From: Octopus sinensis
Taxonomy: Eukaryota
Reading direction: 5' to 3'
Length of the DNA: 64,000 nucleotides
Assembly (NCBI RefSeq): GCF_006345805.1
Contig: NC_042999.1
Coordinates: 125,612,001-125,676,000, forward strand
Shown: positions 53,247-64,000 of the stretch, piece after piece
How the letters are laid out: every line of letters begins with the position of its first letter
How positions within the stretch are numbered: position 1 is the first letter of the stretch
The notes under the pieces: generated by a model
The model's database searches: none
The model's input: only the letters and a program-made list of their open reading frames with translations
Told to the model about the DNA's origin: nothing
Made by a program: the position numbers and the translations under genes

Positions 53247-54074
53247 TTAAAACTGAACACCATTCCATAGGAGTCCAGTAGGATCTGCAAGAATCAATAA
53301 CACTGTCCTTCTTGGATTACAAAAAAAAAAAGTTTGGGTTCTGTAAAGGCAAGACTTTTGTAAAAGAGTAGATCACTCAATTCTCAGATTGACAGCATTA
53401 GCAATTGACAAATATTTTTCTGTTCTTTGATTAATATGGAATAGTAATGTGAACAGATCATGAATGTTGGATGGAAAAATGTCATGAGTTGATGGTGAAA
53501 ATAATTGTATAGTTTGATTTATCTAGCTGATACATAACAGCAGGATTGTAAATAAATATACTTCTTCATACTTAATTTTAACAATTACTACAAAGGAGAG
53601 CAAAGAAAAATGGGAAAAGAGATGTAAAATAGTTGATCTATGCATACAAAAATATGTGAAAATGTACATATAGATTTCATATTAACTGTAAACAAATGTT
53701 TAAAATTAATAAATAAAATTGTTTTTAAACTAACTGGTGGATTTCATCTGATACTCAGTTTTTAATCACCAGATTTTCTTTTTGCCTATATATACTTTTA
53801 ATATGTACCAATAAATATATTTATGTTAACCAATAAAACCTCTATGGTGGATCAAGTAGCTGCAAAGTGAATTTCTTAACTACACAGTCATGCCTGCATC
53901 TGTATGTAGCATTTTTTTCAGTTGAATACTGAATTGAAATTTTTTTTTTCATTAAATATGTAAATTTCAAAACAAACACCTGGTCTGCAATCATACAACT
54001 AAAGTAGCAGCTGTAATGCTAAGACAGCTATGCCCACATTTTATCTGTAAAATAACTTCTATGACAAAATTAAT

Positions 54075-54470
54075 GACTTTATTTACATTTGACAGATATT
54101 TGTCCTCATCTTGTTTGTTGTTAACACGTTTCGGCTGATATACCCTCCAGCCTTCATCAGGTGTCTTGGGGAAATTTTGAACCTGGGTTCTCATTCCTAA
54201 GGCATTTTTCAATGTTGTTGTTATAATAATAATAATAATAATAATAATAATTATTATTATTATTATTCAGGTCACTGCTTGGAATCAAACTTGGAATCTT
54301 GGGGTTAGTAGCCTGCACTCTTAACCACTATGCCATATGCCTGTGGGCATTTCCCCAAGATGAAGGCTGGAGGGTATATCAGCCAAAATGTTGTGTTAAC
54401 AACAAACAAGATGAGGACAAATATCCATCAAATGTAAATAATGTACATAATTCCTCATCTCTTAAATATA
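54075..54470 (-). mobile_element. Composite element: tRNA-like head, (AAT)n, hammerhead tail, plus an inverted tail copy
   Basis: Head at 54268-54342 (reverse complement TGGCATAGTGG A box, GTTTGATTCC B box); (AAT)n/(ATT)n at 54224-54266; about 80-bp inverted repeat between 54081-54157 and 54360-54438. Confidence 0.65.
54120..54165 (-). ncRNA. Minimal type I hammerhead ribozyme motif (Penelope-type)
   Basis: Reverse complement gacac-CTGATGA-A-GGCTG-gagggtatat-CAGCC-GAAA-CGT-gtt: intact core and a 5-bp stem II. The cleavage site and stem I are shortened by 2 nt relative to the neighbouring inverted copy. Confidence 0.7.
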
Positions 54471-55467
54471 GAAATGTGTAAAATTAACGACTGTTTCACA
54501 AAGTAATTAACTATCTAGTTTTTCAGGTTTTAAGTAGTTTATAAACATCATCTACTTATGAAAACAAAATCTTTAGAATTGCATTGAAAAGTTATATTGA
54601 ACAGTATAGTTCCTGATATACAAATGATGAAATTGTTACAACTAGAGTGCTTATCAGAGATTTGTTCATCTACAACTGAGCTAAGAATACACAATAGCAA
54701 ACTTTACTTGGAGCCAACAAGGGCAGGCCTTTGCATGGGTGCTCAACTTGTAAGATATAGCAGACAAATTTCCCTCAAATCACACCCGTTTCAATGGAAT
54801 AAAATCCCTGCAGCAACACAAACTAGTCAAACAGTAACATATTTTGATGGTAAATAATAAGCTGTTTAACACCAATTTACAATATGAGTTATTACAACCC
54901 TGGCATAATATCTTTTGATTGGCACTTATCAAATTCTTAACATGTATTAATTACTTTTGAGCTTTCATTTAATGGCAGTTAGACTCCACAGGATAAAAAC
55001 CAAAATTTATTCCATAAGCTTTTTTTTATGCCAGATTATGGATGGAAAAAAATGAATGAGATATTAATCATGCCAACCAAGTGAATTCATTTTCTACTTA
55101 ATATTTACTTCTTGAACTTTTTTTTTAATAAAAGGTTTTAATACTTTCAAATTGGTATTCTTTTCCTTTTTTATGTGAGATGCCTTAACTGAATATCCAC
55201 CTTTATGATGCTTTGAGATAAAAAGAAACATTTCTAAATAGAGCTATTATCATGATATATCATTTTAAATATAGTTTCAGTCTAAGTAAGGGAAATCTGT
55301 ACCTTTTGATTAAGATATAATGCAATGGATTTTTATTACTATTATCATCTAACAACTCATTACAACACTGCAAATCAAGCTAAACTTCATTTAATTTCTT
55401 GTCAAACATCTTTCAAATAAACAAATATGCCTATCACTTAATTAGTATTCAGTAGTTGAAATTCTTG

Positions 55468-55795
55468 TATGGTAAGAATTTTGCTTCCCAGTCACATGGT
55501 GGTGGGTTCAGTTCCATTGCATGACACTTTGAGCAAGAGTCTCCAACTATAACCTCAGGCCAACCAAAGCCTATGTGTTTTTGTATTTGTCTCCCAACCA
55601 AAGCCTATGTGTTTTTGTATTTGTCTCCCACCACTGTTTGACAACCAGTGTCTGTTTACATCCCTGTAACTTAGCAGTTCAGCAAAAGAATAAGTACCAG
55701 ACTTTAAAAAAAGTATTGAAGTTCATTTGTTTGACTAAAACCCTTCAAGGTAGGCCACAGCATGGCTGCAGTCCAATAAAAACAAGAGATAATAA
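55468..55795 (+). mobile_element. tRNA-derived SINE, second family, with an internal deletion and a 34-bp tandem duplication
   Basis: gtatggtaagaattttgcttcccagtcacatggtggtgggttcagttcc; ccaaccaaagcctatgtgtttttgtatttgtctc occurs twice (55560-55627). Confidence 0.72.
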
Positions 55796-57271
55796 ATTGC
55801 AGTTAAACTTCTATTTGTATATCTTAGTATGAAAATATTATAACCTAGTTTAACAGTTCATATAAACTTTATTAGCAGATTCAATACTAGATTAATTTTC
55901 TGTGGAGTCTGTATAAATGCATAGTTTAAGGAGAATATAACTGAAGAAATTTAAAGAAATAACATGGGTTTTAAGAACAAAGTTAGCTTTATTTGGAACC
56001 CCCCCCCCCCAAAAAAAAAACATAGACAAATACAATCTCTGAAGGATAATGTATACAGAGTAATGATACACTAATATTTTTGTTCCATCAACACTATAAA
56101 AAATGTTAAGAAATTACTTCAAGCAGTAAAAATAAACCTAACACCTGCTTTTACTACTTCCCTTTATGCAAACAACACCCTGCTGGGAAAACAGATACAA
56201 CCACTTCAGGAACCACTACTTAGGCTGAAAATGCTGACAGCTATAAAGTTTAGAACTAAAAAGAGAAATTGATGTTATGACTATTTAGTTATGTATGTTT
56301 TGTGTTGTCTCAAAGGTTGGAAAATGTCTAAGCTTAGAGCAATGTTTTACTATCAATATGTCCCCAGGCTTGCAGATGTACTTTCAGAAGCTGAGTTGGT
56401 TGACATAAATTGCCAGCATGAATTGTTTACTTCATATGACTATGGAACCTTCTATTTAAATATTTTGACTTTATTTTATGCACATTATCTATGGTTTGTG
56501 GGAAAGATTTTTGTAGTTCAGGTTATACTGACACAGACCATGGTTTATACTCTAGAGAGTGGTATAAAATGAAAGAGTATTTAAGTCATAAGCTTCACAT
56601 TCTACTGTTCATAATAGTCAATGAGAATATTAAAATGAATTTTAAAACTAAATGCCTGTAAGGCATGAGCACATAGATGGTCTTCTTTTGAATGCATAAA
56701 CAATTTAAAAGCTGCAAATGATGCTTGAAATGTAAAATAAATAAATAAAAGCTCAAATCAGGATTAACATAGTCGTGACTAAAATACTAATTAATTGTAG
56801 AAGCTTTCAAAATCAATACTTTGAAAGAAATAGCCATAATTGATATGAAGGAAGTGATTAGGTAGTCAATCAATAAAGGTATGAACCATGCATTTGAGGT
56901 AAACTGGAATTTCAGGTAAACTGACAAATTTTTGGTATGCCCAATATACACTCATGTAATAAACAATAGAAACACAACTTTTAACCATATACTTCCCACA
57001 TAGATAACTTGAAGTAATGAGTAGTTTGATTAACAGCAAGAATTTATGCAGAAAGTGAGCTAGTAAAGATATATCAAGGACACAAGGGAGGTTGAAAATG
57101 TTATTTAACCTTACATGCAAACCAACATGCAAGGTATTCCAACCATTTCAGACAGCACTGATTAGGACTACATTATCCAATGAATCTTTCTTTTCAAGAC
57201 AACATGGTATGATTGGCTGCTATTTCTACCAAATCAAACAACAATGTAGAAGTTGCGTCATCTTTTTAACT

Positions 57272-57474
57272 AGGTGGCAAGCTGGCAGAAACATTAACAT
57301 GCCAGACAAAATGCTTAGTGGTCTTTCGTCTGTCTTTATGTTCTGAGTTTAAATTCCGCCGAGGTTGACTTTGCTTTTCATCCTTTCAGGGTTGATAAAT
57401 TAAGTACCAGTTGATCTAATCGGCTGGCCCCCTCCCCCAAAATTTTGGGCCTTGTGCCTAAAGTAGAAAAGATT
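57272..57474 (+). mobile_element. tRNA-derived SINE (same family as 33702) with a 12-bp TSD
   Basis: aggtggcaagctggcagaaac...gagtttaaattccgccgaggttgactttgc...aaagtagaaaagatt; atctttttaact at 57260-57271 and 57475-57486. Confidence 0.88.
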
Positions 57475-59529
57475 ATCTTTTTAACTGAACATATTAGGGA
57501 GAACTACAACCAGTATATGAGCAGAAAGATTTCTCTCTGTATGGAAAGTATACTGTACAATGTTTGTCAGTAATATGAAACCTCTGCACTAACATTAAAA
57601 GACATGTGACAATTAGTGAGAAAAGAGTTATGAATACTTAATATGAATATCAAACTAGCCTGCTGCTTAGTATTCCCAAAGCCAAATAAAACAATAACCT
57701 GATAATGCTGAAGATTGTAAATTCTTACAATCTTAACTGACTAACACTATCATAGCGATCATGGATTTAGTTGAATAATTCCCTCAATAACAAGAGCTCT
57801 ATTTTTAACAAAACATATTGACACCATATGTTGAGAATAGAATTCTATTTAGGAAAGGAATTATTGATTATTGCTTGAATAATTTCAAGGTATTTAAGAA
57901 TACAAAAGACATGTTAGGACCTTGAAGGACCATTGCAACATATCTTTTAATAGAAGAAACTAATGCATCATATTTTGAAGATAGGTGAGAAGATAAATAT
58001 AATTTTAATATTTTAAAATGTTTTTGAGTAAGAGATAGAAACAACAATATTCACAACTACATATAATATCTGTACACAAAAACAGTGTGACTGTGTGAGT
58101 ATGTGTGCATACATGCACGTGGTTTTTACAGATTTAATGTTTTAGCAAAGAAAGTCTGCTTTTATTAATTCATTGTTCCTCTGAAATAATATTTTGAATC
58201 TGTAAACACAGTGGAATTATTTCAGAATATTTCTGTGTAATTCCAATGTTTAGAACAAATTTGATTCATAAAAGTTGAAAGTATTTCAACACAATATATA
58301 TAACAATTAAGAATTAGAAGTCGACAGTAAATCAAATGCCATTTTAAATAAAACATAAAGTACTTCAAAATCAATATTTAAAAATGCACATACACACACT
58401 AGTATAATAAATATGTAAATATATAGGTAAATGAATTGATAAGTGAATGCAGAATATGCAGTAAATATGGAACTAAATCAATAATAAGACATTATAATAT
58501 ACTGGAAAAGTTCATAACAGAATGCAATCTGTAAAGGATACATCAGAAGACATACTCATATCTATGTGCAGACACTCAAATAACTAATGTTTGTCTATAT
58601 TTATACACACAAATAATAAATACTTTAATAAATACATCATTGTTTTCATGACTACTTTTCCAAACTTGCATGGGTCAAATAGGAATATGTTGGCACAACA
58701 TGTACAGAAATATACCCACATAGATGCATAGTCTACCCACCCTCACATTCAAAATGTATAAGTACCTACATAATAAAAACATACATATATTTACAAATGT
58801 GTATAAATCTATGCACACACACACACACACACTTAGCTATACTAAATATATACATACTGACATATATACATACTGTAAACTGGTATACACACATCCATAC
58901 ATATAGAGACACCTGCACATATACTAAAACCCAGCTTCACTATATAATCATCATTAGCATCATCACCCAACATTAAATTTTCCATGGGTTGGATGGTTTG
59001 ACAGGAGCTGACAAGTTAGAGGACTGTGCAAAGCTCTACTGTTTACTTTGGGATGGTCTTTATGGCTGGATACCCTTCCTAATGCCAACTACTTTACAGA
59101 GTGTACTAGGTTCATTTTTTTTTTTATGTGGCACAAGCACCAGCGAGGTCATCCAGTAACTTGCAAGACAAGACACCTCAACTTGTGCCAAGTGATGACT
59201 GGTTAGAGTATGAGTGTGGGACAGAAACAGGTGTCTTTCAGTATAAGATACTTGGCAACTTCAGCTGGAGAGAGGGAGAGAGAAGATGGTGTAGCAAAGA
59301 AGATCTGTCCCGACATACCAACAAGTTACAAGGAGGTGTACATAAGTGGTACAGAAAATTTGATAGGGTAAAAGAGCAGTTAAGTTCATGAAAGAGCAAA
59401 AGAAGAATGAGAGAGGGGAAGGGAATCCAGTAAGCGGTGACACAGATGGAGGGAGGGGAGTGTTAGGAAGATGATTTGTGGGAGAGATTTGTCAGGGACA
59501 GATTGTGTACAAGTGCATAGACATGAATG

Positions 59530-59860
59530 CTGTGCCTTTAGGGTTGAGTTTTTACTTGGACAGGACTTCTTAAGTACAACAAATCACCAATCATTTCAAT
59601 CTTTCATCTCCTTTGTGAGGTTCAACATCTGAAGATAATTTTTTTCCTCACTTTGTCCCATGTCTTCCTGGATCTTCCACTTCCACAGGTTCCGTCTAAA
59701 TTTAGGGACTGGCACTACTTTATGCGGTTCACTTCCATACATATCACATGACCATGCCAGTACAGCTTTCTTTCTTGCACAATACATCAGATGCTGCTTA
59801 TGCCTAATTCTTTGTATCCTATTTCAGTCTTTGTTTCTATATCTAGGGCAGGTACCACTG
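59530..59860 (-). mobile_element. Decayed RTE LINE 3' fragment
   Basis: Minus strand reads GIRCIVQERKLYWHGHVICMEVNRIK*CQSLNLDGTCGSGRSRKTWDKV; a related UTR tail lies at about 58960-59210. Confidence 0.7.
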
Positions 59861-59934
59861 GTATCATTACATATAATGTTACCTAACTTCTTTCTAGCAC
59901 TGCTGTATACTCAAACCCTATCTTTCTGATCATA

Positions 59935-60715
59935 TCCAGAGAACTGCATGCGGTACATGAAGTTCTGTATATGTTTCTTCATTTCATAGGGTTTGCATAG
60001 TGGGGACATGTTGTTCATATCCTAAGTCTGCTATCAGAATGTTAATTTTCATGTTGTGTGAGAAAGCTGAGTTCTTGTGAACAATATATTTTGAAGCCAT
60101 GGGTTTCATGTAATAGGAGTGGAGGAGCTGCACTCTGTTGTTCACAGTCTCTAACCAAAGTTCAATAACAAGGACGGGGAATCTATTGTTGGGTGCCTAG
60201 TGAGGTTATCTATAGATACCTTGATGGAGTTAGCTACTTGCTGGATCATCTCCATTACGTTCCTCTCAGTTTCTACATTACCGTCACTAGAGTTGGTCAT
60301 GACTATGATATTAATGTCATCTACATACCTACTGTAGAGTAGAAGAGTTGTTAACTGTTCTGCTAAGGATTGCTTAAGTTTTCTGTCCCACCAGGTCATG
60401 AAGAGGCCAGCCACATCTCCAGCTACACCAATGGCTGCACCTTGAACTTGCATGTATAGTTTCTTGTTAAACTTTACAATGTGGTTCTTACACTGGCCCC
60501 TATTGCATATACAATAATTTCTTTCACCTGACTGTTGTTCTCAGGGTCTTGGGTGGGTATGGTCCAGCCACTCCAGCATTCTGTGGTACTTTTCTTTACT
60601 GCTGAGGTGATGGTAGGTGGTCTTCCCCTCTGTGATCTGGTGTGGTAGAATCTACTAAGGCCATGGTCGTCTAAATAGTCACTGTTGTAGCTTAGTCTAG
60701 TCTAGATTTAGGAAA
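59935..60715 (-). mobile_element. Penelope-like element reverse transcriptase fragment
   Basis: QVQGAAIG..LYSRYVDDINIIV (YVDD at 60316-60327), followed by HSYYMKPMASKYIVHKNSAFSHNMKINILIADL; frameshifted. Confidence 0.78.
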
Positions 60716-60859
60716 GCTCTGAAGGAGACCAAATTCAACATCAAGATTGTTGAAAAGCCAAGGAACTCCATCAGATCACAACTATGTATGACATACCTCT
60801 TTGAGAATACCATATGCACCAGTGATAACTACATGGTATGTAGGATTAGCCCTGGCATT

Positions 60860-61160
60860 AACAGTAGAATGAGAAATGTAGTTTACAACATAAGATACAT
60901 AGAAGATGCTTGTAAAGACATGAACATGACATGCATAGGGGAGACATCTAGGAGCATTGGGGAATGACTAAATGAACATTTGAGAAAATATGACGACAAA
61001 GAAACAGTCATCCATACTCTACCAACATGGAAGCAACCTGGGTCAACTTGACATCTGCATTTTATCCAAACACCCAAAGGACCCAACACTCAGACAAATA
61101 CAGGAGCACGTCCTCATAAATGAAACATTCCCAGTACTAAATAGGAAATATACATACTAG
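60860..61160 (+). mobile_element. Penelope-like element GIY-YIG endonuclease fragment
   Basis: MRNVVYNIRY..ACKDMNMTCIGETSRSIGE*LNEH, then SILYQH..HPKDPTLRQIQEHVLINETFPVLNRK; this follows the GIY-YIG pattern VY-x-IGET-R-EH. Confidence 0.75.
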
Positions 61161-61204
61161 ATATCATACCCACAGTTTATACAGGTAGAGCAGAATACTT
61201 AGTG

Positions 61205-61600
61205 AGCTGTTATGTAGATAGATGTATGTGTGTGTGTGTCTATATATGCATATGTATGTAGGCACAGGGATATGAATGTAGACAGACATACAGATGGATA
61301 GGTACATAGGTTATATGAACAGACAAGAACACATACACACACATACATACACAAATGAAGACTGAAACACATGACCATATATATACACTTCACTTCACAC
61401 AAGGACACATGTCCACACATATGGAGATACACATCCATACATATAGACTGTATATAGTTGCAAAAAACCCATACACACAAACACATGAATATGCAGAATA
61501 CATACAAACGTAGACACATACATACATATGCACACACATATACATGCATACATACATGTGAATGCACACACACACTGACCTACACACATGCGCACAAACA
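61205..61600. repeat. Degenerate (CA/TA/TG)n low-complexity tract after the Penelope endonuclease ORF
   Basis: Interspersed acacacat, atatatgc and gtgtgt units; the source of several spurious ORFs. Confidence 0.8.
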
Positions 61601-62710
61601 AACAAAAAGAATGCAGCTTCAATAACCGACAGAGTTAACAACTACTGAAAAGGTTGTAAGACACAATGAAAATTTTAGAAAAATAAATAAGTAAATGAGT
61701 GGAAATTTTACTGGTGAGTGTGTTAAATTATAAGGCATTAAAAGAGACTCTCCCCAGACACAACAGAACACACACACATAAATGTGATTTATGTGTCTAA
61801 CTATCTATGTATGTATGTGTGTGTGTGTGTGTGTATATATATATTTCCTTATAGACACATAACTCTATAGAAAAATGCATCATCCATATACATTTATCAG
61901 GATGTGCAGTTGCATGCATTCATTACATCTTCTACAATTATAGATAGCCACACTAAAACATTACAGCAATTGAATAGATATTTTATAGTTACAATTTCCT
62001 CAATCCAAACTTTTTCAAACATAACTTGTTTGAAATTTAAAAGAAAGGTACTAACACCAAAACTAACTTGAACTTCTACCTGACCTATACAATGTAGTGT
62101 GATAAATCAAACCAGTATTATCAATAAACATTCTTTGGTAAACAGTAAAACAGAATACAACTAACTTTATAAACAAATAACCCTGATTAGGCACAGCACA
62201 ACACAAACTGAGACCCAAATATGATATATTTATTTTTTTCTTTTACATTCACACCTGATTAAAACCTAAACAACAAAATTCATCTACCAAACCGGTGTAA
62301 CTTCCTCCACAGTGCTTTTCTCTCAGTAATCATCCTGCAAACACTTTTCAAACTTTATGTCTCCATCCTCCTTCCATCAAAAAGAACCACTTACCCTGTC
62401 TACTTCCATCACACTACTTCTCAATCACATCACTCCACCTGTTATAAGAACACTCTCCCACAAACTATATAAAGCAAGAAAGAAGCAATGTAAACCACAG
62501 TCTGATGAAAGCTTATACAATGAAACTTCAAAGACACTGGCAACCTTTTCCATCTACAAATAAACTAATATACCCTATTTAAAATGTACTGTATAACCAT
62601 TCAATTAATGTCAAAACATTTTATGTATAATTTGAAATAAAAACAAATATACACATATACATGTACACACACAAACAACTGCAAATAGAGACATATATAT
62701 GCAAATACAC

Positions 62711-62715
<5 letters not shown>

Positions 62716-62792
<77 letters not shown>
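62716..62792. repeat. Compound (CT)n(AT)n(AC)n microsatellite
   Basis: Seen directly in the sequence. Confidence 0.95.
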
Positions 62793-62795
<3 letters not shown>

Positions 62796-63144
62796 TACAT
62801 ATACATGTATAAGTGTGTGAGTGATAAACATTGCAAAATGACCTGTAACTACATCAAGAGCAGATTTGACTTCGATGTACCTTCTCTTACACCTTTCCCA
62901 CCAAAGGATTGCTATAAGATTTGTAAGAAGCATATCTGCAGACACTAGGATGGTTGTTGACTCATATGAATTCATCCACCCTTCAGTAGGCCTTCCTTTT
63001 TATCCTGCAGGATGTCCAAAAACCACCCTCAGCACCAAGCAGATATGACTATGCAATAAGTTGTAAAATATTACATGTTACTAGTAGCACTCAAGAGTAA
63101 CCTGACAAATATATACACACCATATCTATGTATACACGTGCGCG

Positions 63145-63163
63145 TGCACACACACACACACAC

Positions 63164-63204
<41 letters not shown>

Positions 63205-63206
63205 TA
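63145..63206. repeat. Compound (CA)n/(TA)n microsatellite
   Basis: Seen directly in the sequence. Confidence 0.9.
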
Positions 63207-63213
63207 CACTTAT

Positions 63214-63600
63214 GTGGCTGTGTGGTAAGAAGTTTGCTTCCTAATCACATGGTTTGGGTTCAGTCCCACTGTGTGATACTTAGAGCATGTCTTCTACACC
63301 AATCCACAGGCCAACCAAAGCCTTGTGAGTAGATTTGGTAGACAGAAACTGAAAGAAGCCTGTCATATATGTATATGTAAGAGTGTGTGTGTGTGTGTGC
63401 TGGTTCCCAACCACCCCTTGACTACGAATCTTGGTTGGTTTATGTCCCTTATAACTGAGAGGATTAACAGAAGAAACTGAAAAAATAAGTACCAGGCTAA
63501 TTAAAAAAAAAGTACTGGGGTCAATTTGTTCAACTAAATCCTTCAAGGCAGGGCTTGAGCATGATTGCAGTTCAATGATTGAAACATGCAAAAATATAGA
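63214..63600 (+). mobile_element. tRNA-derived SINE, second family
   Basis: ggctgtgtggtaagaagtttgcttcc...ggttcagtcccactg...ccaaagccttgtgagtagatttggtagacagaaactgaaagaagcc...atgattgaaac. Confidence 0.8.
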
Positions 63601-63607
63601 TACAAAT

Positions 63608-63619
63608 ACACACACACAC

Positions 63620-63675
<56 letters not shown>

Positions 63676-63676
63676 A
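63608..63676. repeat. (CA)n/(TA)n microsatellite
   Basis: Seen directly in the sequence. Confidence 0.9.
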
Positions 63677-64000
63677 ACATACATTCAAACATGTTTATAT
63701 ATATATAGAAAAATATGTTGATATATAAATTAAGTTGCATAAAATAGTGCTGAATAAAATATATACATGAACAATGATATTTAGCATATTTGTGTACACT
63801 CAAATGTGCTAGGATCTTTCACTGCAGAAATAGTTTTAAAAGAAATAATTCCTCTGAGACAACATATGTGAAAACACTTTGAGCTATGATTGGATCATGG
63901 GTTGACACCCTATCAGAATGATAGTTTTGATATATAAGAACAGCAAAGAGTAAATTTGCTGGCATGCAATAAGTAAGCTTGGTTAAACTGGAATTAATTA

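Noticed and set aside
54268-54342. tRNA gene
   Set aside because: A and B boxes are present, but there is no complete cloverleaf or acceptor stem; it is treated as a SINE head.
54623-54680. Plus-strand ATGATGA...CTGA C/D-like boxes
   Set aside because: Antisense to the host gene, short, and without a terminal stem or guide.

Overview
This is AT-rich (roughly 30% GC by eye), intron-dominated animal genomic DNA. Its SINE, MITE and RTE repeats resemble those I recall from Octopus or related coleoid cephalopods; the species is inferred, not proven. One protein-coding gene is clearly present: the 5' part of AP-1 complex subunit gamma-1 (AP1G1, gamma-adaptin) on the minus strand. It has five GT-AG coding exons (26607-26809, 25519-25643, 23150-23291, 20271-20367, 8902-8978) that join in frame into residues M1-K214, and the gene continues past the left edge. 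Candidate extra AP1G1 exons are a 12-nt microexon (DDLE, 4238-4249) at the junction where vertebrates have a small insert, and three short frame-compatible N-terminal exons (31717-31761, 40174-40218, 47298-47334). The introns contain tRNA-derived SINEs, decayed RTE and Ingi/Vingi-like LINEs, TTAA-flanked piggyBac-like MITEs, a hAT-like MITE, a Penelope-like element with RT and GIY-YIG on opposite strands, and several hammerhead-ribozyme motifs. One hammerhead sits in an element that joins a tRNA-like Pol III head to a hammerhead tail plus an inverted tail copy, possibly a Penelope-mobilised SINE. Repeat boundaries are approximate unless a target-site duplication (TSD) is given.
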